Shown: positions 1-12,435, counted from the stretch's first letter. The stretch: DNA of 64,000 bases from Octopus sinensis (GCF_006345805.1 NC_043005.1:63426001-63490000), one strand, 5' to 3'. The notes: generated by a model not told the origin, from the letters alone. Numbers and translations are program-made.

Positions 1-271
1 GGACGGAGTCGCTACTATAATTGGTTTTCCAACAGCTTTTCTTTTAAATTTTTCTTTTACACACACACACACATTCATATATATATATATTTATATACAC
101 ACACACACACACACACGTATATATAGCGTTTTGTCATGGTAGGATCAATAAAAAATAAGTACTCTATCTAGTGTGAGGTGAATATCTTAACATCCGCAAT
201 TTAAATAGTTCCATACTGTAGAGATATAATAATTTGGCAGATTTATATAATGTGCCATGCTCAGTACTTAC

Positions 272-307
272 CATTAGACATATTTTTAAAAAAACCGAGA
301 TGCTGGT
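272..307 (-). CDS. Candidate 36-nt coding exon (exon E of inferred minus-strand gene), phase 1-1, (D)QHLGFFKNMSN
   Basis: On the minus strand a ~70-nt polypyrimidine tract ends in ttttcatag, followed by ACCAGC...TCTAATG and the donor gtaagt. Open in phase 1. Signal-based inference only. Confidence 0.45.
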
Positions 308-516
308 CTATGAAAAAAATATCAGAAATAACAGGAAGTAAAACGTGAAGAAGGTTAATGCAAAAAGTGGAATTTGAAGAAATAAAAGGAAAGTAAGAAA
401 ACCAAGACCTTCGTCCTGTTTGACAGTAGAAATCATAAGTAATCTAGAGCAATATAATGGAGATAAAGTCTAAGCTTGTGAGATGGCTACTCAATCCAGA
501 GAGGGTATTTCAGCTA

Positions 517-752
517 TACTCTTACTCTTTACTCTTTTACTTTTTTCAGTCATTTGACTGTGGCCATGCTGGAGCACCACCTTTAGTCGACAAATCGACC
601 CCGAGACTTATTCCTTTGTAAGCCCAGTACTTATTCTATCGGTCTCCTTTGCCGAACCGCTAAGTTATGGGAACATAAACACACCAGCATCAGTTGTCAA
701 GCAATGCTAGGGGGACAAATACAGAGACACAAACATACACACACACACACAC
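517..752 (-). mobile_element. tRNA-derived SINE family A, 3' half of a host copy
   Basis: Reverse complement of the recurrent ...ggtgctccagcatggccgcagtcaaatgactgaaacaagtaaaagagta tail and body; ends in (CA)n. Confidence 0.85.
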
Positions 753-755
753 ACC

Positions 756-1155
756 GCAGGAGTGGCTGTGTGGTAAGTAGCTTGCTAACCAACCACATGG
801 TTCCGGGTTCAGTCCCACTGCGTGGCATCTTGGGCAAGTGTCTTCTTCTGCTATAGCCCCGGCCGACCAATGCCTTGTGAGTGGATTTGGTAGACGGAAA
901 CTGAAAGAAGCCTGTCGTATATATGTATATATATATAAGTGTGTGTGTATATGTTTTGTGTGTCTGTGTTTGTCCCCCTAGCATTGCTTGACAACCGATG
1001 CTGGTGTGTTTACGGTCCCCGTCACTTAGCGGTTCGGCAAAAGAGACCGATAGAAAAGTACTGGGCTTACAAAGAATAAGTCCTGGGGTCGATTTGCTCG
1101 ACTAAAGGCGGTGCTCCAGCATGGCCGCAGTCAATTGACTGAAACAAGTAAAAGA
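756..1155 (+). mobile_element. SINE family A, full-length copy nested in another SINE A
   Basis: Head caggagtggctgtgtggtaag with B-box-like ggttcagtccc, central (TA)/(TG) tract and aagag tail; >10 similar copies in the window. Confidence 0.9.
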
Positions 1156-1175
1156 GAGAGAGAGAGAGAGAGAGT

Positions 1176-1362
1176 ATATATATATATATACATTTATACG
1201 ACAGGCTTCTTTCAGTTTCCGCCTACCAAATCCACTCACAAGGCTTTGGTCAGCCCTAGGCTATAGTAGAAGACACTTGCCCAAGATGCCACGCAGTGGG
1301 ACTGAACCCGGAACCATGTGGTCGGTAAGCAAGCCACTCCTTACCACACAGCCACTCCTGTG
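1176..1362 (-). mobile_element. SINE family A, 5' half of the host copy
   Basis: acgacaggcttctttcagtttcc...cacacagccactcctg is the reverse complement of the SINE A head. Confidence 0.85.
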
Positions 1363-1487
1363 CCTATACATAAGTTGCATATTGAAACAGGCAACGATTT
1401 GGTTATGCCATTCTTTTTGAAACACATACAGCTGATTAATTCATTGATAAATCTTCATTCTTTGCAGTTTTTCTAAATACTCTGTTA

Positions 1488-1715
1488 TTAACCTTTTAGC
1501 ATTTAAACTGGCCATATCCAGCCAAGCCATTCTACTTGATTTATTTTCAAACCAGCTAGAGCTAACCTTTCACAGCTACTCTACAATATCATTCTAAAAA
1601 CAAACAATTTCATTATTGAAATTTTGAGGTTACAAGATAACGCATGAGCAATTGAAAATAATGTGAATATATAAGCACGACATTTGGCATAAAAATCTGA
1701 ATGCTAAAGGGTTAA
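1488..1715. mobile_element. piggyBac-type MITE (~220 bp)
   Basis: TTAA-ccttttagcattt ... aatgctaaaggg-TTAA: TTAA target duplication plus ~12-bp imperfect terminal inverted repeats; related copy at 10118. Confidence 0.75.
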
Positions 1716-1904
1716 TATACTGAACTTTATTTGGAGTTTGGTCTTTGGATTTTCAGATTGGCCAAGTTTCCAAAAAAGTGAAATAAAAATCTATGTGGAT
1801 TACTATAGACTTAACTAGACAATCTATTGAGCCAAGTTTGATCTCTAAAGAGTACTTAAGAGATATTTGTCAGGATGCCTAGATTTAGTTAATCCTGTTG
1901 TCTT

Positions 1905-1944
<40 letters not shown>

Positions 1945-2131
1945 GCATGTATATGTATGCATGAATGTATGTATGTATGTATGTATATACATATACATAC
2001 ATACATATACATACATATACTTTGCAGCCTTAATAAAGCTGTCTTCGTACAAAACAATTGTACCGAAATATTGATCCATTCTTGTTGCTTTTTTCTTATT
2101 ATACATACATACATATACATATATATATATA
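1905..2131. repeat. Compound (CA)n/(TA)n/(TATG)n microsatellite
   Basis: Direct inspection. Confidence 0.95.
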
Positions 2132-2164
2132 GTTAATCCACAAAACAAAGAAAAAAAACAAGAA

Positions 2165-2300
2165 AAAACGACATGAGGACATGGTATATGGAAAGTATTA
2201 GCAGACTCTCAGGGCAGAAAGGTAGTTTTTAAGTTTCAAGCATGCTCTTCTTCAGAAACAGGAGAGAGAGAGAGGAAAGTCCAAGAGAAAAGGAAAACAG
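2165..2300 (-). mobile_element. Possible Penelope-like element terminal fragment with degenerate hammerhead-like core
   Basis: Minus strand reads ctgaagaa-gagc-at-gctt-gaaac ... gagagtc, resembling the CUGANGA/stem II/GAAAC...GUC pattern of PLE ends. Confidence 0.3.
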
Positions 2301-2477
2301 AGGAAAAAATCACAAATAATCCACATGTAGTTACATTTTGAAAATCCCCAGCCTTCCGACTGTGTTTGGAGTGCCTAATTCATGGAACTCTTTCTACTAT
2401 CAGATTACATTACCTTGTTCATTCAGAATATGCCATTTCTGTACCTTGACTGTGAATCATTATATATATATATATAT

Positions 2478-2673
2478 TCTCTTATTCTTTTACTTGTTTC
2501 AGTCATTTGACTGTGGCCATGCTGGAGCACCGCCTTTAGTGACCAAATCGACCCCAAGACTTAGTACTTATTGTATTGGTCTCTCATGCTGAACCGCTAA
2601 GTTACAAGGACGTAAACACACTAGCATCGGTTGTCAAGCAATGTTGGGGGGACAAACACAGACACACAAACAT

Positions 2674-2704
<31 letters not shown>

Positions 2705-2866
2705 CATATATACGACAGGCTTCTTTCAGTTTTTGTCTACCAAATCCACTCACAAGGCTTTGGTCGGCCCGAGGTTATAGTAGAAGACACTTGCTCAAGG
2801 TGCCATGCAGTATGACTGAACCCAGAACCATGTGGTTCATAAGCAAGCTACTTACCACACAGCCAC
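2478..2866 (-). mobile_element. SINE family A
   Basis: Near full-length reverse-complement match to the copy at 756-1155. Confidence 0.9.
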
Positions 2867-2944
2867 ATATATATATGTATTCACCATGTTGGACCACTGA
2901 AATCTACAAGTTTTTTTCATTCTCTCTCTGTTTATTTTCTCTTA

Positions 2945-3070
2945 TTCCTTTCTGTTGAAGAGCATAGGCTCGAAAGGTAAAAACTTTTTCATTTTTCCTG
3001 AGCGTCAAACTAATACACTTGTTTTTTTGTTCATACACTTGTCTTTGTTTTTGTCTTTCTGTAAATTTCA
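2945..3070 (+). mobile_element. Possible Penelope-like element terminal fragment with degenerate hammerhead-like core
   Basis: ttt-ctgttga-a-gagc-atag-gctc-gaaa ... gcgtc-aaa; core has A6 to U and C15.2 to G changes relative to the consensus. Confidence 0.3.
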
Positions 3071-4388
3071 ACTATATATATTTGTTATGCTTATCAAAAG
3101 ATATTTTTTTAAGAGAGATAGAGTTCTTTCGCCCTTGCATACATATTTCTACATGCTTATATCTTGGCATGAAAGATTATTCCACGAATTTTGATGACAA
3201 TCATATGTTTCACTAAGGCAACAATTATCTGATTTGTTAAATAACTGGTTATTCTTCAGTTCACATTCACGGAAGCAATATCTCATTTAAGCAATATAAG
3301 TATCAAACCTAAAGAATTCATCATGCAAAGAAACATCATAAACAATATGGATGAACACAATGGAAACATTACTGAAGAACTGAAGGAAAACAACATTTAG
3401 AAATAATGGAAATTCTACAGCACATTTTACTTGAAGTTTTCAATCTTAATTGCTATAAAATAGCAAAACAAGCTCTCTGTGAATAAAATGAAATTATATC
3501 AGAACAAACTTCACTCAGAGTTAAATAATTTCACAACAAAACTATTTACCAGCAAGTAATATTTGTATGCAAGATGAGAGTTGCTGATTGCAATAGTATT
3601 CCCCAAAGTGAGAACCATGCACAAATGGACACATTCCAATAAAGAGAAGATATATGCCAACAGCATTTATGATAGCATTTGTAAAAATGCATGATTCAAT
3701 CAGTCTCTATGTCACCTTACTGTAAGGCTGGTTATTCTCATTAAGGTTACAGTGACCATAGCAAAAGCTGTGATAATAAGTGTATGATGAGCTATGAAAG
3801 CAAAGTATACAAACAATTGAAAGGAATTCTAAATGAAATGTTTCAAGAAAACTATATCTAATTGGCATTGTTAAGGGACCAAAACAGTTGATGTTGATGG
3901 TAGTTAGCAATACAGGTGTGAATTATTTACAACAATCTAATATTCTTTTGTTACAATAAATAAACCTGACCCATTTGTATTCCTTTTCCATAATTGTTTA
4001 GCAGGAGAAGTAAACAAAATTCTCTCATTGATTTGGAGAACAGGAAGAAAAAAACATTGTTGATCTATAGAAGATCATCAGCTATGCAGTGGTGCAAATA
4101 AGTATTAAATGCACTTTACGCCATGCAAAATTGTAAAATAAAGTAGAAAATACATTGGGAGAAATCAGAGAAGAGAACTGTTGAATACAAATTGATCACT
4201 GTCAAACAAAATTTGAAAGTTGTCAGTGAGAAACTTTGTCAGCATAAAAATATTGCTGAAAGAAATGTAGTTGATTCTAATTTGGACACAAGGCCATCAA
4301 TTTTGAGAGGTAGTGGCTAGTCAATACCATCAACCACTACTGTTTGACCAGTACTTTAATTTATTGAGCTTTGTAGGAATTGATCTCA

Positions 4389-4816
4389 GCAGGATTTGAG
4401 TTCAGAATATAAAGAAATGTTAACCCTTGCAGGATTTGAGCTCAGAACATAAAGAAATGTTAACCCTTGCAGGATTTGAGCTCAGAATATAAAGAAACGT
4501 TGACTTCCGCAGGTTTTGAGCTTAGAATATAAAGAAACGTTGACTTCTGCAGGATTTGAGCTCAGAATATAAAGAAATGATAACCCTAGCAGGATTTGAG
4601 CTCAGAATATCAAGAAATGTTGACCTCTGCAGGATTTGAGCCCAGAATATAAAGAAATGTTAACCCTTGCAGGATTTGAGCTCAGAATATAAAGAAACGT
4701 TGACCTCTGCAGGATTTGAGCTCAGAATATAAAGAAATGTTAACCCTTGCAGGATTTGAACTCAGAATATAAAGAAATGTTGACCTCTGCAGGATTTGAG
4801 CTTGGAATATAAAGAA
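4389..4816. repeat. 40-bp minisatellite, ~10.7 copies, derived from a SINE family B segment
   Basis: Unit gcaggatttgagctcagaatataaagaaatgttaaccctt starts at 4389, 4429, ... 4789. It matches the ggcggaatttgaactcagaacgta segment of minus-strand SINE B and follows a degenerate SINE B body at ~4270-4388. Confidence 0.9.
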
Positions 4817-5544
4817 CCAAATGAAATAGTACAAGGTATGTTTTTGTTTTTCTTTCCAGAGCTCTACAATTTCTGCCAACTCATTAGTTATAAAAGAAAT
4901 ATAATTCAAACAAAATCCAAATTGAATCAATCCATAGTTTACAGAGAGATGAAGGGATTAGCAGAGTTGTTACAGTGTCAGAAAAAATGCCCTGCAATAT
5001 TTGTTTTGGCTCTTTGCATTGAGATCATATCCCATTGAGGTCAACTTTCATCATTTTGGGATCATTTAAGAAAGAACTAGTCAAATACCGGGATTGACAA
5101 TATTGACTAATGCCTTCCCCTCGAAATAGTTGGCCTTGTGCCTAAATTAGAAACGAATATTACTATTATTGCTTGTTCTCAAAGCATATGCACATGTTCT
5201 TTTCTCTCTGAAGGCAGACCATAATTACATTACACACACACTTACACACGTATATGTATATATATATAAACACACAAGTGTATATATATATATATATATG
5301 TATGTGTGTATGTATGTATGTATCTATGTATGTATTTAGGAATGGCATACAACCATAGAAACAAAGCTAGAAGAGACTATGGAACCTGGTGTGGCTCCTG
5401 GCCTCGTCAATTCCTGTCAAGCCATCCAACCCATGCCAACAAGGAGAGCAGGGGAGGATCGGTAACAAGAAGGGTGTCCAACAATTGAAATATCTGCTTC
5501 AAAAAATTTATTCTGACCCATGCAAGCATGGCAACGTGAATATT

Positions 5545-5915
5545 TAAATGATGATGATGATGATGATGACAGAGACAGCAATGACAATAATGATGACAAA
5601 GATAAATGGTGACATAATGAAGACGATGGCACAAGTCCAGGCAAGTTTGTTTATTGAAGACCCAGCAGTCACCCATGCATACTAGCCTCCACTCTCTACA
5701 CCACTGATGCTATCCAAAGGAAAGGCAAAGGCTGACACAGCTTTGCAAAGGCCAATACAGCTGTCTCAATTACCATCACTGCCACCGCCACTACTACTGC
5801 CGCCACTGCTGCTGCTAATACTACCACTACTATTACTACCACCACTACTGCAACTACTGCCACCACCACCACCACTTCCACATCTGTACTACTGCTACTG
5901 CTGCTGCAACTGCTA
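5545..5915. repeat. Trinucleotide low-complexity tracts (GAT/GAC and CTA/CTG/CCA) flanking a SINE family E fragment
   Basis: Direct inspection; 5628-5762 resembles the SINE at 14860-15195. Confidence 0.8.
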
Positions 5916-6334
5916 AGGAGACAAAAGTTATGATAATAATTACTTCACACAAGACCTTAAATTTGGGGGTAGGATTTGTCAGTTAAGTTGACCTCCACCT
6001 TACCCCTCCCCATCTTAGAACTTGAATGGTACATTAATTTAGTATAAATTATAAAAGCATAAAAGTATAAAAGGCAAAGCTGATCTTGACAAGATTTGAA
6101 CTCATATAGTAATAAATACTGCAAAGCCTTTTGTTTGCCATGCTAATGGTTCTGTCAGTGTACCTCACCACATCATTTTATAATGGAGATAATAATAGTA
6201 ATGATCATGTGGAGGAGGGTAGGAGTGGAGGAATAGAAGGAGGGAAAGGTAGTGGTTCATACTGAGGAAAAAGGTAGGTCGAAGTTAAGGCATAAGGAGT
6301 TCTTTGTAATGGGCGATGTTAATGCTGGTAAAAG

Positions 6335-6957
6335 CAATGAGAGTGATGACGATGATGATGTTGATAATGACAACGACTATGATGATGATGATGACGATGA
6401 TTGTGGTGATGATGATGATGATAACGATGATAACGATGACGATGATGATGATTATTGTGATGGTGGTGGTGGTGATGGGAACAGTGATGATGATGATAAC
6501 GATGATGATGATGATTATTGTGATGGTGGTGGTAGTGGGAATAGTGATGATGATAATGAGGATAATGATTGTGATGATGGTGGTGGTGGGGATAGTGATG
6601 ATGATAATGAGGAGAATGATGATGATGACAGCGACGACAATGATGATGATGATTGTTATAGTAGCGGGGCAGTAATAGTGGTGGTGATGATGATGATGAT
6701 GTCAGTGACGACAATGATGATGATGACTATTATGGTAGTGGGGTAGTAATAGTGTTAGTGGTGGTGATGATGATGATGAGGATTGTGATGGTGATGGTGT
6801 GGTGGTGGGAATAGTGATGGTGATGATAATGAGGATAATGATGATGATGAGAGTGACGACAATGATGATGATTGTTATGGTAGTGGGGCTGTAATAGTGG
6901 TGGTGGTGATGATGATGAACATGATGATGACTACGATGACGATGACAATGACCACAG
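6335..6957. repeat. (GAT)n/(GGT)n compound repeat with higher-order internal duplications
   Basis: The motif gtgatggtggtggtg..gaatagtgatgatgataatgagga recurs; ~6567-6700 is repeated at ~6780-6920. Confidence 0.9.
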
Positions 6958-7010
6958 TGATCGCAAAGCAATTAGATTACTTCTGAAGGTATTTTTCTAT
7001 CTTTGCTTAC

Positions 7011-7046
7011 CATTCAGTAACTCGAAGGAAACATTGCTTAAGGAAG
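7011..7046 (-). CDS. Candidate 36-nt coding exon (exon D), phase 1-1, (T)SLSNVSFELLN
   Basis: Minus strand: branch-point-like ctaac plus tcttatcgcag, exon CTTCC...CTGAATG, donor gtaagc. Open in phase 1. Signal-based inference. Confidence 0.5.
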
Positions 7047-7794
7047 CTGCGATAAGAGTTAGATATCTTAAATAAATGGGAATGTATTTAAGATTCTGTT
7101 TCTTATCTTGTTATAAATAAACTAAGCTCCAAAGGGAAATATTTGCATAGGAAACACTTAAAATTTAATAAATTCAACTCTTCCATAAACAAAATATTCA
7201 AAAAGAATATTTTTGTTTTTTGCTTCTTTACAGGAATATTTCTCACTGGTTTCCAAAAATGCTCCTGAGAAAGTGTTCAAGGCTGAATATTTAATAAATT
7301 ATAACATTATCAAAGCAAATAACTTTAAGAAAAAAAAAAAAAAATTATTTATTTATTTATTTAAATTATTTTGAAAGCTTATTCAGTCATAGTGTGTTGT
7401 CTAAAATTGGAGTTTTTATTATTTTTCCCCTTCTGCATCATCAAGCAATTATGAGTGGAGTGATTAAATTCCCTTGTTTTCAATTCATTTTAATAAAGAT
7501 ATTTAAAAGCTCCACATTGTAATTTTATTCCACTTTAAACTGTCAAAATAGTGAGATGCGGGTTAATATTGATTTCTTTACAGAGGCACAACACTAGAAA
7601 TGTGTAGGGTAGAGATAGCATTCATTGTATCAATCTCTCAGTACATTTCTGCAAACTACTTAATTGACTCCGGATCAATGAAACAGCAAAATTGATCTGA
7701 AAATAACAAAAAGAAAATTACATAAAATGAAGAGTTTAATCGTCTTTCGCAACTGAATATGATCTGGTACCATAAACTTTCACTAACTGTTTTA

Positions 7795-8400
7795 GGGATA
7801 CCGCATCACCATCATTGTTTGACTGTGGTCGAGACAATGGAATTTACTATGTTACGCCAGACTTCACGGTCCATCATAGCATTATGGAGGTCCTGTTGCT
7901 GGATGCCTGTATCCCTGGAGATTACATAAGGGTAGGAGAATGTGCGCCCTCTGGTATCACGAGCAGATGGCTTCCAGAGGAGAAGAGTAGAAATTACCTC
8001 GTTTTCAGCTCTACAGCAATGTCCAGCAAACTGGACTCTTCTACCTTTCATAAGAGATGATACAGATGGTAATTTTCCATATATTTGTACTTTGGTTGGA
8101 TGACGCTTCCATGAGATATTTTGAGCTCCCATAAGGAGGCGAATGTAAGTTCCATCCAACCACCTCTCAAGCTTCTTTGATAACGTCCAGGTTTCTGAGC
8201 CATATAGTAGAATTGGTTCGACTGTGGCTTTGAAGATTTTAAGTTTGAAATCTCTACTTAGATTTTATGACCAGATCTTATGCATATCATTACAGGCTGA
8301 CCAGGCCATACCCTTTCCAGTTAGAAAATCTTTTTCAGATGCCTAGATAGTAAGGAAACTCCACCTTGGTATGTATATCCTAACAGAGAATGTATGCTAA
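7795..8400 (-). mobile_element. RTE-clade LINE 3' fragment (degenerate, post-RT C-terminal region)
   Basis: Minus translation contains KIFKATVEPILLYGSETWTLSKKLE..LDGTYIRLL, RRVQFAGHC and DREVWR, typical of the RTE C-terminus; 5' truncated with disablements. Confidence 0.85.
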
Positions 8401-8460
8401 CTGGTCCATCAAAATCATCAGCTGACATTACTATAATGACATAGTTCTGCTAACATTTTT

Positions 8461-8870
8461 CTATGCTAATGAGACATAGAAGAACACAGTGAAAATTCAC
8501 AGAAAGCTAGGTGTGGTCTTGCCAGTTCGTTCTCCACCAAAGATGCTTGAGAAAGATTCTGAGAATGTACTGGCAAGACCACATAACCAATAGAGACATT
8601 CTAAAGAGAGCCAACACAAGACCACTAAGCAAAGTCACTGCAAAACAAAGATTAAAACTAACAAATCACTTACTCTGGTTACCAGAACAATGCCAGTCAA
8701 AAACAGCTTTCAAATAAACACTAACAGAGGGAAAAAGAATGAGATGTAGACTGGAAATTACATGGTGCAGAACATTCAGAAACATCACATGGACAGTTGT
8801 AGATAAAACTGCAGCCAGCAGAAAGTGGTGGCATCAAATTCCTGTCCAATGTGCTTAAGAATAAAGGAAG
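8461..8870 (+). mobile_element. RTE-type LINE 3' fragment (older, second family)
   Basis: YANET*, HQRCLRKILRMYWQDHITNRDILKRA and degraded GRP-type and W-arg motifs; frameshifts and stops. Confidence 0.7.
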
Positions 8871-9064
8871 AACTCATACTGATGTAAAAGAGAACAGATA
8901 TTGATACTGTCTAAGCCCTTGCACCCTTGACCAAGTGAAACGTTAAAATTATGACTGCTCAAGAGAGAAAAATGCAGCAGTAGTCAGCTGGTATTTATTT
9001 ACAGCTGAGTAGATTAGGCAGTAGATTGGACAATGTAAAATATAGTGCCTTGCTTGTCCATTCT

Positions 9065-9330
9065 TGTTTGTTCCTTCTCAAGCCATGCCTGGCTCATAGG
9101 GCCGTTTTCCCCACCTGGACGGGATGCCGGTCCATCGCAGGTGAGCTGCAAGATGCAGGAGGAAAGAGTGAGAGAAAGAGTCAGCAGAAGTTCGCCATTA
9201 CCCTCTGTCAGAGCCGCGTGGAGCTTAGGTGTTTCACTCATAAACACACACATCGCCTGGTCTGAGATTCGAACTCACGATCCCTCGACCACGAGTCCAC
9301 TGCTCTAACCACTAGGCCATGTGCCTCCAC
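9065..9330 (-). mobile_element. tRNA-derived SINE family D
   Basis: Reverse complement has head tggcctagtggttagagc (A box) ... gagttcgaatctc (B box); same family at 20115. Confidence 0.85.
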
Positions 9331-10117
9331 CTTGTCCATTTTTGGGAATGCAACACATTACTTAGTTAAGGAAATGAACACAGAATTATAAAATTTTGGG
9401 TCTGATACAAGGATTAGGCTTGTGAGCCCAACATCCTAAACACTAGGCCATACAACTTCACAAACAGAAATATAAAGAAGTCAAATTACCAAATAGTGGA
9501 ACGGCATTTGTTTGTATAATCTTTTAGTTAAGAGGAAAGTGCAATGCCCATGTCCTTTCTCAGGATCTCTAAGACTGGTGAAGGGAGGGAAGATGATATC
9601 CTTAAACTGGAGGCCTGGTCTGAATGCTTGAAACAGAGAGGGCTCCACTAAAAGCCCCAACACTCTAATGATTCTGTCAGTCATCTGCCATTAGACTCAA
9701 ACTTTATTACTGACCCTGGATGGATGAAATTCAATGTTAACCCCAGTAAGAGTTGAACTTAGAATGCAAAATGCTGGAAGAAATATTGCAAGGGATCTTG
9801 TTTGTTGTTCTAATGACTCTGTCAAGTTACCACATTAACTTTAAATATGTGGAGGACAAATTACCAAACACTGGGAAGGCTCTTAGTCATGATGTTTAGA
9901 TCTTCATCCATTTCCCATCATAATCTAAAATTGATATTTATGAGCCAATGAAGGAGCCACTATGTCAGTGTTTCACCTCATAGAAATAGAAGCCAAATTT
10001 CCCTCAAATTGAACCGTATCATTTTAATGAAGCAAAAGAAGAAAAATAGGAAATGTACTTTAAGACTTACTTCTAAAAAGATGGAGTAAGCCCTATTTTG
10101 GTGAAAGATCTTTTCAG

Positions 10118-10343
10118 TTAACCCTCTAGCATCTAAACCGGCCATATTCAGCCAAAATATTTTACCTGTTTTATGTTCAAATATGTTAAAAAATGTTCTA
10201 CCTGTTTTGTGTTCAAAATATGTTCTACCTGTTTTATGTGCAACCTACCCTACAATGTTACAAGACAATGCATGATTAATTCAAAACAATGTGAATAAAT
10301 TAGCATCACATTTGACAGAGTAATCCGAACACAAAAGAGTTAA
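10118..10343. mobile_element. piggyBac-type MITE, second copy with internal triplication
   Basis: TTAA-ccctctagcat ... gaacacaaaagag-TTAA; body homologous to 1488-1715; three copies of (t)tctacctgttttrtgt. Confidence 0.65.
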
Positions 10344-10974
10344 AGGTGATCAATGGCTAAAGAACAATAACCACAACAAGAACAACATATATTGCAATCT
10401 TAGTTTTTGTCTGTACTCATTCCCCTTTGATTTAAAATCATATATAATATTTTATTTTATGAAATTCAGTGAAAAAATAGAATTCTAAACATTGGCAAGA
10501 AAATAAACTGAGTGAACCAAAATTGCACAACTGGTAAAGACAGCAGCATTTAATCTTTGTATATTAGAAGTTTAAATATTTAGTTAGAGAATATTAAAAT
10601 TCATGAGAAATATATATTTTAAAGCATTTGAGGTAAAATTGTATAAGAAAATTACAATATTATGAATATTATAAATATAATCTATGTTTTGTTATTTAAT
10701 GTGATAATAATTTAAATATTTCATAATGATAGGGAATACACGAAAACAAAAGAAAGTGAATCTTAATTTTGCCACTTTAAAAATGAAAGAAATTGATCTC
10801 TTGATGCTGGAGTTTTATTGATTTTTAGGACGATCTTTCTCCTTTGCTTTAAGTAAAAACAAAACAACACAAATATCATTGCATTGAATTGGTGTATGAG
10901 AAACAAACAAACATACATACACACACACATATAAAATTTGTGTGTATGTATATTGCGAGTGCGTATTCATATCC

Positions 10975-10997
10975 GAGTGTGTGTTTGTGTATGTGTG

Positions 10998-11052
<55 letters not shown>
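10975..11052. repeat. (TG)n microsatellite
   Basis: Direct inspection. Confidence 0.95.
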
Positions 11053-11055
<3 letters not shown>

Positions 11056-11294
11056 GAGCAGATATGTTTGTGTGTTTGAGACGTCCGTTTTGCAACCACA
11101 TGCTTTTGGGTTCAGTCTCACTATGCAGCTTCTTAGATGAGTGTCTTCTAACATAGTCTCAGGTCAAGCAATGCTTTGTGAAGGAATTTAGTATGATGGG
11201 CTTTCAATTTAAATCTACTAAATTCCTTCACACACACATATATATATATATGTATATATGTATGTATACATGTATCTCTCTCTATATATATATA

Positions 11295-11484
11295 TACTCT
11301 TTTACTTGTTTCAGTCATTTGACTGCGGCCATGCTGGAGCACCACCTTTAATCGAGCAACTCGACCCCGGGACTTATTCTTTTGTAAGCCCAGTACTTAT
11401 TCTATAAGTCTCTTTTGCCAAACCGCTAAGTAACGGGGACATAAACACACCAGCATCGGTTGTCAAGCAATGCTAGGGGGACAA

Positions 11485-11545
<61 letters not shown>

Positions 11546-11708
11546 TACGACGGGCTTCTTTCAGTTTCTGTCTACCAAATCCACTCACAAGGCTTTGGTC
11601 AGCCCGAGGCTATAGTAGAAACACTTCCCCAAGGTGCCACACAGTGGGACTAAACCCGGAACCATGTGGTTGGTAAACAAGCTACTTACCACACAGCCAC
11701 TCCTGCAC
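11295..11708 (-). mobile_element. SINE family A
   Basis: Full-length reverse-complement copy with a long central (CA)(TA) tract. Confidence 0.9.
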
Positions 11709-11979
11709 CTATATATCTATATATTTATACATACATACACACACATATATACTCTGCTGTGTGGTTGGTGTTAGGAAGGGCATCCAGCTGTAAAAACTAT
11801 ACAAAGCATCAGAAGTCTGGTGCAGTTTTCTGCCTGGTCAGCTCCTGTCAAACCATCCACCCATGCCAGCATGAAAGGCAGACATTAAACAATGATGATG
11901 ATGATATATAAGTATGTATGTCTGAATGTATATACACATGCAACCATTTATATGTATGTGCATGTGTATTATGTGCATG

Positions 11980-12061
<82 letters not shown>

Positions 12062-12435
12062 TATATATATACATATATATATACATATTAGAGGGAAACC
12101 ACTATGTGGAAACCCTTATGCTAGAAATAGATCCGCTATGGTCTTACCACTAAGAAATGTTCAGAAGAAAAAAATTAGCAAAACAACCAAAATGTAATCG
12201 AGCAAGACAAAAGAAAAAGCAATAAAAATATGGATTATTCGCATACATGTTTCACTATTAACATATTACGTAATTTTACTTACATAAATGTCTGTAGATC
12301 ATCGGTGTAACCATCCAGATGAATATAATTTGCAGGACTGCATACTAGGAAATCCGCACAAAGTCAGATTTGTATACAGTTCTACTCTTAACACTCGTGG
12401 TTACTATTTCAGATACACACACACACACACACATA

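Noticed and set aside
4389-4816. CRISPR-like array
   Set aside because: Contiguous 40-bp tandem units with no unique spacers, in a eukaryotic context with no cas genes.
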